Below, one piece after another: positions 12,001-22,249 of a DNA stretch of 64,000 nt. Source of the stretch: Octopus sinensis (taxonomy: Eukaryota). Numbering within the stretch: position 1 is the stretch's first letter; the number at the start of each line of letters is the position of its first letter. Position numbers and translations under genes: made by a program. Under the pieces are notes generated by a model. The model was not told the DNA's origin. It worked only from the letters and a program-made list of their open reading frames with translations, and searched no databases. Location of the stretch: assembly GCF_006345805.1 (NCBI RefSeq), contig NC_043020.1, positions 9,176,001 to 9,240,000 of the forward strand. The letters run 5' to 3'.

Positions 12001-14378
12001 CAGAATCGTGGACATAGGATCACGGTTTTGATTCCCAGATTGGATGTGAAAGTTTATGGAGTGAAGCACGACCTTCGAACTTTAGGCCTCACTGAGGAAA
12101 TGACCAGCGACCGAGACCTTTGGAAATATGCTGTACGTGAAAAGACCAGGCAGGACAAGTGAGCCCAGCCCACTTATGCATGCCTTTCCTCCCTTGGACA
12201 CAAAGACCTGTGGAGGCAAGCGAAGTTGATATAGAACCTCATCCGACGACAGGCACCCATGCCAACCCCCTTTGCTTGCGAAGAAATGTTGGGGCAAGCG
12301 AAATCGAAATCGAATTGAACCAGCCAGGATCCCTGGTCTGGTGGTACGTAAAAAGCACTATCCGACTCGTGGCCGATGCCAGCGCCGCCTCGACTGGATT
12401 CCGTGCCGGTGGCACGTAAAATACACCAATCCGACAGTGGCTGTGGCCAGCCTCGCCTGGCACCTGTGCAGGTGGCACGTAAAAAGCACCCACTACACTC
12501 ACGGAGTGGTTGGCGTTAAGAAGGGCATCCAGCTGTAGAAACATTGCCAGATAAGACCGGAGCTTGGTGCAGCCTTCTGGCTTCCCAGATCCCCGGTCGA
12601 ACCGTCCAACCCATGCTAGCATGGAAAATGGACGCTAAACGATGATAATGATGATGAAACACCTAAAGCTCCATGAGGCTCTGGTAGGGAGTAGTGACGA
12701 CCCCTGCTGTACCCTTTCACCACAACTTTCTCCCCGTTTCCACTGTATCTGTATTTCTAAGGGCCAGCCTCATCACGTGTGGTGTTATCTCCCTTAGAGT
12801 AGTCACCTCCTGTTACAGGAACTCTCTAGTTTAAAAGGACAACATTCAGGTCCCTAATAGTAAAAGGCCATTACTGTGTATACTTTGCTAATAAACGGAC
12901 ATGCCTCACGCTGAATTCTCTTGCTGTTTATTAGCCAATATCACCAACCTTCATTATACCACATCAAACACTGTGTCATGCTGAATCTTCCTGAGAACTA
13001 CGTTTAAGGATACATGTGCCTGTGGAGTACTCAGCCACTTGCACATTAATTCCACGAGCAGGCTGTTCCGTTGATCGGATCAACTGGAACCCTTGTTGTC
13101 GTAACTGATCGAGTGCCACGGTAGTGGAAGACACTTACCCATGGTGCCACACAGTTGGATTGAACCTGAAACCATGCGGTTGCAAAGCAAACTTGTTAAC
13201 CACACATGCCTGCTGGCATTTAAAAAAAAAATTGTTTTTTTTTTTTTTACTTGTTCAGCCATTTGACCGTGGCAATGCTGGAGCACCATCTTGAAGAGTT
13301 TTTAGTCAAATGATTCAGCCTCAGGATGTGTTTATTTTTAAGCCTGGTGCATATTCTATTGGTCACTTTTGCTGAACCACTAAGTCACGGGAATGTGAAC
13401 ACACCAACACTGGTTGTCAAGTGGTAGTGGGAAACAGACATATATGACACACACATATATGATTATTTTTTTGTATTGCCCATGGGGGCTAAACATACAG
13501 GGGACAAACAAAGGGATTAAGTTGATTACATCGACCCCAGTGCATAACTGGTATTTATTTAATTGACCTCGAAAGGATGAAAGGCAAAGTCGACCATAGC
13601 AAAATTTGAACTCAGAACATAGCAACAGACGAAATATCACTGTTTCACCCAGCGTGCTACCTTAAATATATATATATATATGACAAAGGCGGCGAGCTGG
13701 CAGAAACATTAGCACGCCGGGTGAAATGCGTAGCCGTATTTCGTCTGCCGTTACGTTCTGAGTTCAAATTCCGTCGAGGTCGACTTTGCCTTTCATCCTT
13801 TCGGGGTCGATAAATAAAGTACCAGTTACGCACTGGGATCGATGTAATCGACTTAATCTGTTTGTCTGTCCTTGTTTGTCCCCTCTGTGTTTAGCCCCTT
13901 GTGGGTAGTAAAGAAATACACATATATATATATATGATGGGCTTCTTTCAGTTTCCTTCTGTTAAATCCCCACTTCCCATTTAATAGACAGAAACTGGCC
14001 CAAGGATACAGCAGAAGACACTGGCCCAAGGTGTCACGGAGTAGGACTGAACCTGGAACCATGTAGTTGGGAAGCAAGCTTCTTACCACACAGCTACATG
14101 CAAGTGCATGTGTGCATAGTTGAGTTGGTGTACCTAAATGAGTGTGTGTGTGTGTGTGTATAGGTAAGTGTAAAAGAGGGAGACAGCGTATGATGAAGGT
14201 GGTGGGAATACTTACTGGACAAGCAGATGACTTGCATGGCTTCGTTGGTGATCTCCCAGGAGAGGGAGTCACCGAAGATTGCCTTGCAGTTGGAACACTG
14301 GAAGACGATCGGGAAGAGATGATTGACGTGGTCCGGAAACACATCAAACATCTTGATGAAAGATGTCTGATTGCTCAT
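5774..14378 (-). CDS. MIS18A: Mis18 family centromere licensing protein (Mis18-alpha/OIP5-like, Yippee/Mis18 zinc-binding domain), 5 coding exons, 239 aa
   Basis: Manual splicing gives MSNQTSFIKMFDVFPDHVNHLFPIVFQCSNCKAIFGDSLSWEITNEAMQVICLS-K-ASDFVIVDEEILIQRSESNQI-S-TYSKLSCKGCRRIIGKFFHSTYYDFDQFRGLFTFHVNQIS-I-YQTGQEGTYKDITQLEYIDP-IKCVLVSLNERLTLIEKKLG...SNG*. Exons of 163+67+123+61+306 = 720 nt are all GT-AG with matching phases (1,2,2,0). Motifs VFQCxxC..GDSLSW, LxCxGC..G, RGLF and a terminal helix SLNERLTLIEKKL match Mis18 family patterns as I recall them. Alpha vs beta assignment cannot be made here. Confidence 0.9.
7890..7950 (-). CDS. MIS18A: Mis18 coding exon 4 (61 nt)
   Basis: gtttttatttcag|T TAC CAG ACA GGA...GAT CCG|gtaaga; encodes YQTGQEGTYKDITQLEYIDP. 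Confidence 0.8.
9965..10087 (-). CDS. MIS18A: Mis18 coding exon 3 (123 nt; second CxxC)
   Basis: tttcccatctgttgcag|C ACC TAC...TCC AT|gtaagt; encodes TYSKLSCKGCRRIIGKFFHSTYYDFDQFRGLFTFHVNQIS. Confidence 0.9.
11220..11286 (-). CDS. MIS18A: Mis18 coding exon 2 (67 nt)
   Basis: ccttttcttctcttag|AG GCA AGT...ATA AG|gtaag; encodes ASDFVIVDEEILIQRSESNQI in the phase required by its neighbours. Confidence 0.85.
11529..11760 (+). mobile_element. SINE family A, full copy in Mis18 intron 1
   Basis: Colinear with the family A consensus seen across the window. Confidence 0.85.
12061..12655 (+). mobile_element. RTE-type LINE 3' end
   Basis: ORF end VKHDLRTLGLTEEMTSDRDLWKYAVREKTRQDK*, 3' UTR, (ATG)n tail; close copy at 42510-43097. 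Confidence 0.75.
14216..14378 (-). CDS. MIS18A: Mis18 coding exon 1 (exon extends to acceptor at 14412; first CxxC)
   Basis: Acceptor cttccatttacag before 14412, ATG at 14378, FQCSNCKAIFGDSLSW, donor TCCA|gtaagt. Confidence 0.9.
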
Positions 14379-17034
14379 CGTGTCAGCGACGGCGGGACCA
14401 CAATGGAGAAGGCTGTAAATGGAAGATTGTAATACAAATTAGGGAACCTATGGATTCAAACATTCTTTGTAAGTCTAGTACTTATCCTATCAGACACTTT
14501 TACCGAACCACTACAGGGACGTAAACACACGAACATTGATTGTTAAGCAATGGTGGACAAACACACACACATATATATACAGTGGGCTTCTTTCAGTTTC
14601 TGTCTACCAAATCCACTCACAAAGCTTTGGTTGGCCTGAGACTATGGAAGAAGATACTTGTCAAGGTGCCAAGCAGGGGGACTGAACCCGGAACCATGTG
14701 GTTAGTAAGTTATTACTTACCACACAGCCATGCTGACGCCTATAGAGAAAGAGATTTTACACGAGAGGAAATGTACTCAATACATATATCAGAGTATATA
14801 AATTTAATTCAAAGTGGAGACAACTCTCCTTCACTATTGTTTCCAGTTTTCATTGTGATTTGAATTCAAATGTGTGTGTGTGTATGTTTACAATATTCTT
14901 GGTTGAGTTAGTTGCTACCCTGTGCAACCACAGATGAAACTCAGAGTAGCAAGAGATTGATTCATGCAAAATAAAAATATTACTACTCTCTACTATGGTA
15001 TCAGGTACTCTTTCTTCTGACATCTAACACTAAACAGATACATACATGCATATGGATTTGGTGATACAAACAGGGAAATGAATGTAAATATATATTCTTA
15101 ATTTGCAGAAGTTACAGAGTGACTAAAAGCCAATTGATACAGTACCAGAATTTTCGACTTGAGTCAAATATAACAAACAACTCCAAATTGAGTGTCCATA
15201 CACGTGTAGTCTGGACTGGCATTGAGTTATATTAGTTGTAATAAGGAAGTCAAAGCAAATAGTGACATTTTGAATCTTTTAATATGCACATTTCAGGTTT
15301 ATGCAATGCATAATAGGAAATGTGTCTATTACGTGAGATCGTCCTCAGTTAAAACATTTGTATAGAGAAGGAAAAAGAAAGGAGTTTAGAAAGAGAGACA
15401 AAGGGAGAGGAGAGATATGTATAAAGTGAGATAGTGGGGGAGGTGTTAGGGTGTGGTTATTAATTTTGATAGTGAAAAAAACTAGTTGTAAAGGGCTTTG
15501 AGCATATTAGTGGTGTCAATGTGCTTTGAATGAAATAACAACATCAATAATAATAATAGGCAGGTCTGAAATTTGGGGGGAGGGAGCCAGTCAATTATAT
15601 CGATACCAGTACTTGACTAGTACTTACTACATTAACCCTGAAAAGAAGCCAGCTTATTGTACTGACCATATCATCACCATCATTGTTTAATGATTTCCGT
15701 GCTGGCATGGGTTGGACGTCTTTGAGGTCTGCTGGGATTCCAAATCCTTAATCCTTTACGTTATAAACATACATGTGTGGGTATTAATTAAATACCGAGG
15801 TTCCGGCGCATCTGCATAACCCTAACGAGTGTGCACTGTAAAAACATTGTTACGTAGATGCATCGGGACCTCAGTATTTAAGCAGTGCATGTGTGTGTAT
15901 ATATATATATGGAGGCGCAATGGCCTAGTGGTTAGGGCAGCGGACTCGCGGTTTCGATTCCCAGACCAGGTGTTGTGAGTGTTTATTGAGCGAAAACACC
16001 TAAAGCTCCACGAGGCTTCGGCAGGGGGTGGTGGTGATCCCTGCTGTACTCTTTCGCCGCAACTTTCTCTCACTCTTTCTTCTGTTGGCCTGCTCGCTTA
16101 GCCAGCGGAGTGGCGTCATTTGAAGGCTAAAACAATGCGAAGCGCATTGTGACCAGCGATGTGTAACAACATCTGATGGCCTGGTTGGTCACGGCGATAT
16201 ATATATATATATAAAGTTGAAGACGTGTAAACAACGGCTTCGGTGCAAAACGAAAAGGTACACATAACAAAATCTTCAAAAATTCTGGACGAGGGCATTA
16301 TTTAACCTGCAGTTGATTATGAAATATGCTAAATGCAGTGATTAAGTCAGTTTAATTAATCTTCGTAATCACAGGCTCCCTCAACGGTTCATAAAGCATT
16401 AAGTACATGAAAGCCTCACTGAATGTCTACAAAAATTCTAAGATGCGTGGTTTTATGCCTGTGAAGTATACCACAGAATGGTAGGTGAGCTGGCAGAAAC
16501 GTTAGCACGCCGGGCGAAATGCTTAGCGGTATTTCGTCTGTCGGGCGAAATGCTTAGCGGTATTTCGTCTGCCGTTACGTTGTGAGTTCAAATTCCGCCG
16601 AGGTCGACTTTGCCTTTCATCCTTTCGGGGTCGATAAATTAAGTACCAGTTACGCACTGGGGTCGATGTAATCGCCTTAATACCTATGTCTGTCCTTGTT
16701 TGTCCCCTCTGTGTTTAGCCCCTTGTGGGTAGTAAAGAAATAGGTATTATGTAAAAGTGATGAATAAATTTGATTCAGTCCATTTTGCATTGGACGTCCT
16801 TGTTTATCCAAGTTTATAATATGGAGTGGATCCAGCGAGTTGTAACTTTCATGCATCGAGCAAAAAGGTATGCAATGTTTATGGCGAAGGTAAAGGATAC
16901 GTACCCCCGGTGTTTAGGGTCAGGGTTAGTTTTAGGGTTAAAGTTTTTGTTAGGCCGAAAAACCGGTGGTGTACGTCCTTACATCCGCCAAGTTTTATAT
17001 ATTACGAAATAAAATGTTAACAGATCAAATATGA

Positions 17035-17078
<44 letters not shown>

Positions 17079-17081
<3 letters not shown>

Positions 17082-17460
17082 CGCAGGAGTGGCTGTGTGG
17101 TAAGTAGCTTGCTAACCAACCACATGGTTCCGGGTTCAGTCCCACTGCGTGGCATCTTGGGCAAGTGTCTTCTGCTATAGCCCCGGGCCGATCAATGCCT
17201 TGTGAGTGGATTTGGTAGACGGAAACTGAAAGAAGCCTGTCGTATATATGTATATTTATATGTATGTATGTTTGTCCCCCCTAGCATTGCTTGACAACCG
17301 ATGCTGGTGTGTTTACGTCCCCGTCACTTAGCGGTTCGGCAAAAAGAGACCGATAGAAAAAGTACTGGGCTTACAAAGTCCCGGGGTCGATTTGCTCGAT
17401 TAAAGGCGGTGCTCCAGCATGGCCGCAGTCAAATGACTGAAACAAGTAAAAGAGTAAAGA
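17079..17460 (+). mobile_element. SINE family B (tRNA-type head, internal TA/TG microsatellite, second conserved half), representative copy
   Basis: ggcgcaggagtggctgtgtggtaag...ggttcagtcccactgcg...(ta)n(tg)n...ctgaaacaagtaaaagag. Other near-full copies at ~1352-1705(-), 20058-20670, 22535-22890, 33920-34300(-), 39870-40285(-), 46815-47220, 52040-52440, 52450-52800(-), 54050-54420(-), 54800-55200, 56635-57025. Confidence 0.85.
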
Positions 17461-18429
17461 GTATATATATTAGAGAGAGAGAGAGAGGGGGGAGAGAGGA
17501 AAGACGGACTGTCCTTGAAAATTACACTTTTTCGAAAAACTTTTTTTAGATGTCGGAGATTACGAATATTATGCAAGAAAGCAAGTTTTGAAACTTTTAA
17601 ATTCAATAAGCAAATAGATATGTGTGTACAAGGAGATAAATAGATGTGAATGGGGCTAAAAACAACAGTAAACACCGTCTTCTATAGTTATGTGATTACG
17701 AAGATTAATTAAACTGACTTAATCACTGCATTTAGCATATTTTATAATCAACTGCAGGTTAAATAATGCCCTAGTCCAGAATTTTTGAAGATTTTGTTGT
17801 GTGTACCCTTTCGTTTTGCACCGAAATCGTTGTTTACGCGTCTTCAACTTTATATACATATATATATATATATGTAGGTCCCGGGTTGAGTCGGGGCTAA
17901 CTACAGTAAATAAGGTACTCAATACATAGCAGAATAAATTAATTTATTTTATAGAAGGAGCTTCTACAGGACTAGAACTGTTTCATTCAAATGAAATCAT
18001 CAGTCCTGTAGAAGCTCCTTCTATAATATATATATATATACACACATGCACTGCTTAAATATATTTCATGAATAAACGGACAGGGATAAATAGACAGACA
18101 GACAAATAAATAAATAAATGGAAGAGGTTCTAAATTTAAAATTGGAGGGAGGGTGAAATTTGAGCCCCTTATTAAACTTTACAACATTAATTATTAAACA
18201 TTAATGTTTGTTTCTCATAAAATGGTGTCTATTTAATTTAGATTTCAATTAATATTTATGATTAATTAAGGCAAATACTAATAAAAGGCAAAGTCTTTTC
18301 ACTTTAATGTTTTTATCTGTTCGTCAGTCGATTCGCTCTGATCGCTTTAAAGTCGTGTTATAGATTATATTCATCATAAATATATGTTTTGGATTGAATT
18401 GGGAGTTTATTGAACAGTTTAGGATTTGT

Positions 18430-19110
18430 GTCTACGCTAATTGCAGTGGAGAAAACGAGGAAAATCATTAACAAGAAGAACCAACCTGGAAAGACGGGAA
18501 TTGAAATTCGCGCTCAAAACGAAGTTGTTTTCGTGTCTCTACGTAACCGACGAAGCCCTCCTCGCAAAGGTGGTCTCGTATGAACAAGACCAACCTCTCC
18601 ATGTAAAGGTAGGCGAGACCAATGACAGGAAGGCCTCTGCGGCCCGTGGGATTTCTAAAGTGGCTCGCCTTAAGAAAAAAGAAGATTACCTTGACTTATG
18701 TGGCACTACTTAAGAAGAATGGTCCCGGTGCGCGCACTCGCGCTAGCTAGTCGTGACTAGTCGATCCTACAATGACTACCTAGCAAAGTAACTAAAACAC
18801 AAAATAAATAATTTTTTTTACACAAAGTAAATAAGGTTTTTAAAACAAAGTAAATAATTTTTTAAAAACACAAAGGATCGACTAGTCACGACCAGCTAGC
18901 GCGGATGTGCGAGTACACGCACCGGGACCACTCTGATTAAGTAGTACCGACTTATATGTACTGTATTTGACGTGGGTGTGATAAAACAAAATAATACGGA
19001 AGGGTCGTGGCTAGCCCGTCTTTGAGGTCTGCTGGGCGACGACCGGACAATTGAAACGAGTCTAGACGAAAAGGTATTTTGAGTTTAGAGTAGAATTTGG
19101 TTTTGGGTTC
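18430..19110. promoter_or_regulatory. CpG-enriched promoter-like zone (split by a MITE)
   Basis: Local CpG excess against an AT-rich background; CCAAT box (gaccaatga, ~18617); TTGAAATTCGCG at 18501-18512; plus-strand donor AAG|gtattt at 19073. Confidence 0.4.
18702..18948. mobile_element. Mutator-like MITE
   Basis: ~70-bp imperfect TIRs starting GG(C/T)ACTACTTAA; flanking 9-bp direct repeat gacttatgt / gacttatat (8 of 9). Confidence 0.75.
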
Positions 19111-19159
19111 GGGTGACTCTTTGATGAAATGAAGAATGTGAGTGAAGGCTAAGATTTTG

Positions 19160-19375
19160 TTGATAAATAGAGAGAGCGAGGGGGGGGCAGAGATAAAGTG
19201 AGAGAGAGAGAGAGGGGGGAAGTTAGAAAGAGAAAGCGAAGTATGGAGAGAGAGAGAGGGGAGAAGTTAGAAAGAGAAAGCGAAGTATGGGGAGAGAGAG
19301 GGGGGAAGTTAGAAAGAGAAAGCGAAGTATGGAGAGAGAGAGAGAGAGAGGGGAGAAGTTAGAAAGAAAAGCGAA

Positions 19376-19426
<51 letters not shown>

Positions 19427-19700
19427 AGAAGTTAGAAAGAGAAAGCGAAGTATGGAGAGAGAGAGAGAGGGGAGAAGTTAGAAAGAGAAAGCGAAGTATG
19501 GGGAGAGAGAGGGGGGAAGTTAGAAAGAGAAAGCGAAGTATGGGGAGAGAGAGGGGGGAAGTTAGAAAGAGAAAGCGAAGTATGGAGAGAGAGAGAGGGG
19601 AGAAGTTAGAAAGAGAAAGCGAAGTATGGGGAGAGAGAGGGGGGAAGTTAGAAAGAGAAAGCGAAGTATGGAGAGAGAGAAAGAGGAGGAAAAGAAACAA
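19160..19700. repeat. GA-rich minisatellite (~41-bp unit ...gaagttagaaagagaaagcgaagtatgg...)
   Basis: About 12 visible units. Confidence 0.9.
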
Positions 19701-20382
19701 AATGACAGAGAGAGGGGGAAGGAAATAATATCTGAGAGAGAGAGAGAGAAGACGGAAACAAACGAAAGGAAGGTGAGAGAGAGAGAGATGAGGGACAAAG
19801 AAACAAATTGAGAGAAAGATAGAGGGAGAAAAAGAAAGAGAGAGACAACAAAGAGAGAAAATAAGAGAGATGTGAGTAAGCAAAGTCTGAAAGAATGAGA
19901 GGAGAAGAAAACAGAAGGAGAAATAGCGAGAGATGATAGCATTCCGTCCCATTTGTGTAAAAATAAATGCTGAACTGTCAGCCGACCTCAGTCATGTTTC
20001 TTTCAGCTGTTCGGAAGAAGAGGTGGAGGAAAAGTTTTTTTAAAAAAACGGATATATAGGCGCAGGAGTGTCTGTGTGGTAAGTAGCTTGCTTGTGAACT
20101 ACATGGTTCCGGGTTCAGTCCCACTGCGTGGCATCTTGGGCAAGTGTCTTCTACTATAGCCTCGGGCCGACCAAAGCCTTGTGAGTGGATTTGGTAGACG
20201 GAAACTGAAAGAAGCCTGTCGTATGTATGTATGTATATATATATATACCAACCACATAGTTCCGGGTTCAGTCCCACTGCGTGGCACCTTGGGCAAATGT
20301 CTTCTACTATAGCCTCGAGCCGACCAAACCCTGGTGAGTGGATTTGGTAGACGGAAACTGAAAGAAGCCTGTCGTATGTATG

Positions 20383-20425
<43 letters not shown>

Positions 20426-20705
20426 AACATATATATATATATGTGTGTGTTTGTGTGTCTGTGTTTGTTCCCCTAGCATTGCTTGACAACCGATGCTGGT
20501 GTGTTTACGTCCCCCGTCACTTGGCGGTTCGGCAAAAAGAGACCGATAGAATAAGTACTGGGCTTACAAAAAAGAATAAGTCCCGGGGTTCGATTTGCTC
20601 GATCGACTAAAAAAAGGCGGTGCTCCAGCATGGCCGCAGTCAAATGACTGAAACCAGTAAAACAGAGTAATAAATAGAAAAGGTACCGTTTGCCCATTGT
20701 CTCAC

Positions 20706-20880
20706 CTCGCCTGTCTACTACTTTTCTTCTTTCTCCTTCTTTTCGTCATCTGCTTCGTCTTCATCTTTTCTTATTATTCCCTTCTTTAAAACTTGCAAAA
20801 AAAACCACTCCTACACTCCCATCGGTCCCATCATCTTTGGTCTGTCGCTGGAATATCTCAGATTGTCTCTCGCGAATTTC
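20706..20880 (-). other. Candidate upstream first exon of Mis18 (possible short basic N-terminal CDS 20764-20706)
   Basis: Strong donor GCGAG|gtgaga at 20706; ATG at 20764 with A at -3 and an upstream in-frame stop; phase 2 matches the 14412 acceptor. Confidence 0.35.
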
Positions 20881-21095
20881 AAACGAAGAACGCAAAAAAA
20901 AAAAGTTAAAAAAAGCTTTGTTCCTTAAACCTCTAAGAAGTCGATCAACATCCTAGAAATAGCAGCCAATTTACATCTAAGCGTCTTCGATAAAAAAAAC
21001 ACGTTGGATAATTAATATTGGTTCTGTTTAGGTTTTGATAAAAATTTATACTTTTATACTTTTATTTTTTTCTCGTTTTTCCGTTTGTTTTGAAG

Positions 21096-21194
21096 GCGCA
21101 ATCTTAGCGGTGCAGTGAGAAGTTTTATCCCCAAACATTTTATTCCGGGCTCTGTCTTACTGCGTGACAGTCTGAGCGAGTGTCTTTGGTGAAA
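21096..21194 (+). other. Candidate non-coding exon
   Basis: Long polypyrimidine tract ending tgaag|, donor GAAA|gtaagg, no ATG, stops in all three frames. Confidence 0.35.
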
Positions 21195-21213
21195 GTAAGG
21201 AATATGACGGTCA

Positions 21214-21432
21214 AGGTTAGGGCTTGAGGTTAGGGTTTAAGGTTAGGGTTTAGGGTTGGGGTTTAAGGTCAGGGTTTAGGGTTGGGGTTTAAGGTCAGGG
21301 TTTAGGGTTTGGGTTTAAGGTCAGGGTTTAGGGTTGGGGTTTAAGGTTAGGGTTTAGGGTTAGGGTTTAAGGTTAGGGTTTAAGATTGGGGTTTAAGGTC
21401 AGGGTTTAGGGTTGGGGTTTAAGGTTAGGGTT
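21214..21432 (+). repeat. Telomere-like G-rich minisatellite (~26-bp unit gtttaaggtcagggtttagggttggg)
   Basis: About 8 degenerate units containing TTAGGG/TCAGGG/TTGGGG. Confidence 0.85.
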
Positions 21433-21691
21433 TTTGTTACGCCGAAAACTTGTGGTGTACGTATTTTTATCTCCGCCGTGTCTTCTATCCATGAGACCGA
21501 GTCGATGAAAGCCCTCTGGGTTTAGTAGACGGAAACTTAGCTGGCCGAAACTTCGAAGTCACTGTCAATAATATTCTTGTTAAAGAATAATATATACACT
21601 TACTGCACTATTCTTTAGAGTGCGCCTCTTTTTCTGATATAGATTATATTGATACTACAGATATATAAATATGCATGTATGTTTGTGTGCG

Positions 21692-21722
<31 letters not shown>

Positions 21723-21989
21723 TACGGTGATTTAAGGGCTGAGATCTCGTCCCTTGCCAACGCAGTGCACCTGACTCCCTGTAACTCTGCCAATTATCAA
21801 TAATAATAAAAAAAATTATTAATATATTCCCGTCTTGAGTTCTTTTTTTCTTCCTATTGCATTAGCAAACGCATGTGTGTATCTTTGTGTTTGTTCCCCA
21901 TCACCGCTTGGCAACCGATGCTGGTTTGTTTACGTCCGTGAGGTAGCAGTTCGGCAACAATAAACTTAGAGGCATTAGAAACTATTGCG

Positions 21990-22249
21990 ATCTTTCGTCT
22001 CTAGTAGACCTTTCCGTCGATTACACAACATACTGTCTGTCTCCCATACCCCATCAAACACACACACACACACATATACATCAATGCTTGCCATGCACGG
22101 TAACTTCAAAAGAACTTCCCTCGTCATAAAATCGCTTTCTCTTAGTCTCTTTCGCTCTCATTACTTCAAAAGTTCCCGCAAGCCCATATGTGAAAAAAAA
22201 AGAAGTTTTTTACGGAAATCGACGGAAAGGTCTACTAGAGACGAAAGAT
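21990..22249. mobile_element. MITE-like element with 33-bp perfect inverted ends
   Basis: atctttcgtctctagtagacctttccgtcgatt at 21990-22022 and its reverse complement at 22217-22249; no clear TSD. Confidence 0.6.

Larger units (their letters stand above)
20690..21200. promoter_or_regulatory. Second CpG-enriched promoter-like zone
   Basis: TCTCGCGA and CGCGAATTTCAA at 20868-20882; donors pointing outward on both strands (20706 minus, 21194 plus). Confidence 0.4.

Noticed and set aside
14142-14432. 96-aa plus-strand ORF
   Set aside because: Antisense shadow of Mis18 exon 1.
15911-15990. tRNA-like sequences (also 2749, 49552, 62864)
   Set aside because: They continue directly into shared SINE bodies and lack an intact cloverleaf; they are SINE heads, not tRNA genes.
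18441-18713. Open frames on both strands (for example minus MERLVLFIRDHLCEEGF..., plus EKTRKIINKK...)
   Set aside because: Several frames are open, as expected in a CpG-rich, stop-poor patch. None is recognisable, and the minus frame is out of phase with Mis18. Not excluded without RNA data.
19287-19952. Glu/Arg-rich and Leu/Ser-rich ORFs
   Set aside because: GA-rich minisatellite translation.
21214-21432. True telomere or chromosome fusion site
   Set aside because: The array is short, degenerate, single-orientation and has a higher-order 26-bp unit; there is no head-to-head TTAGGG/CCCTAA junction.
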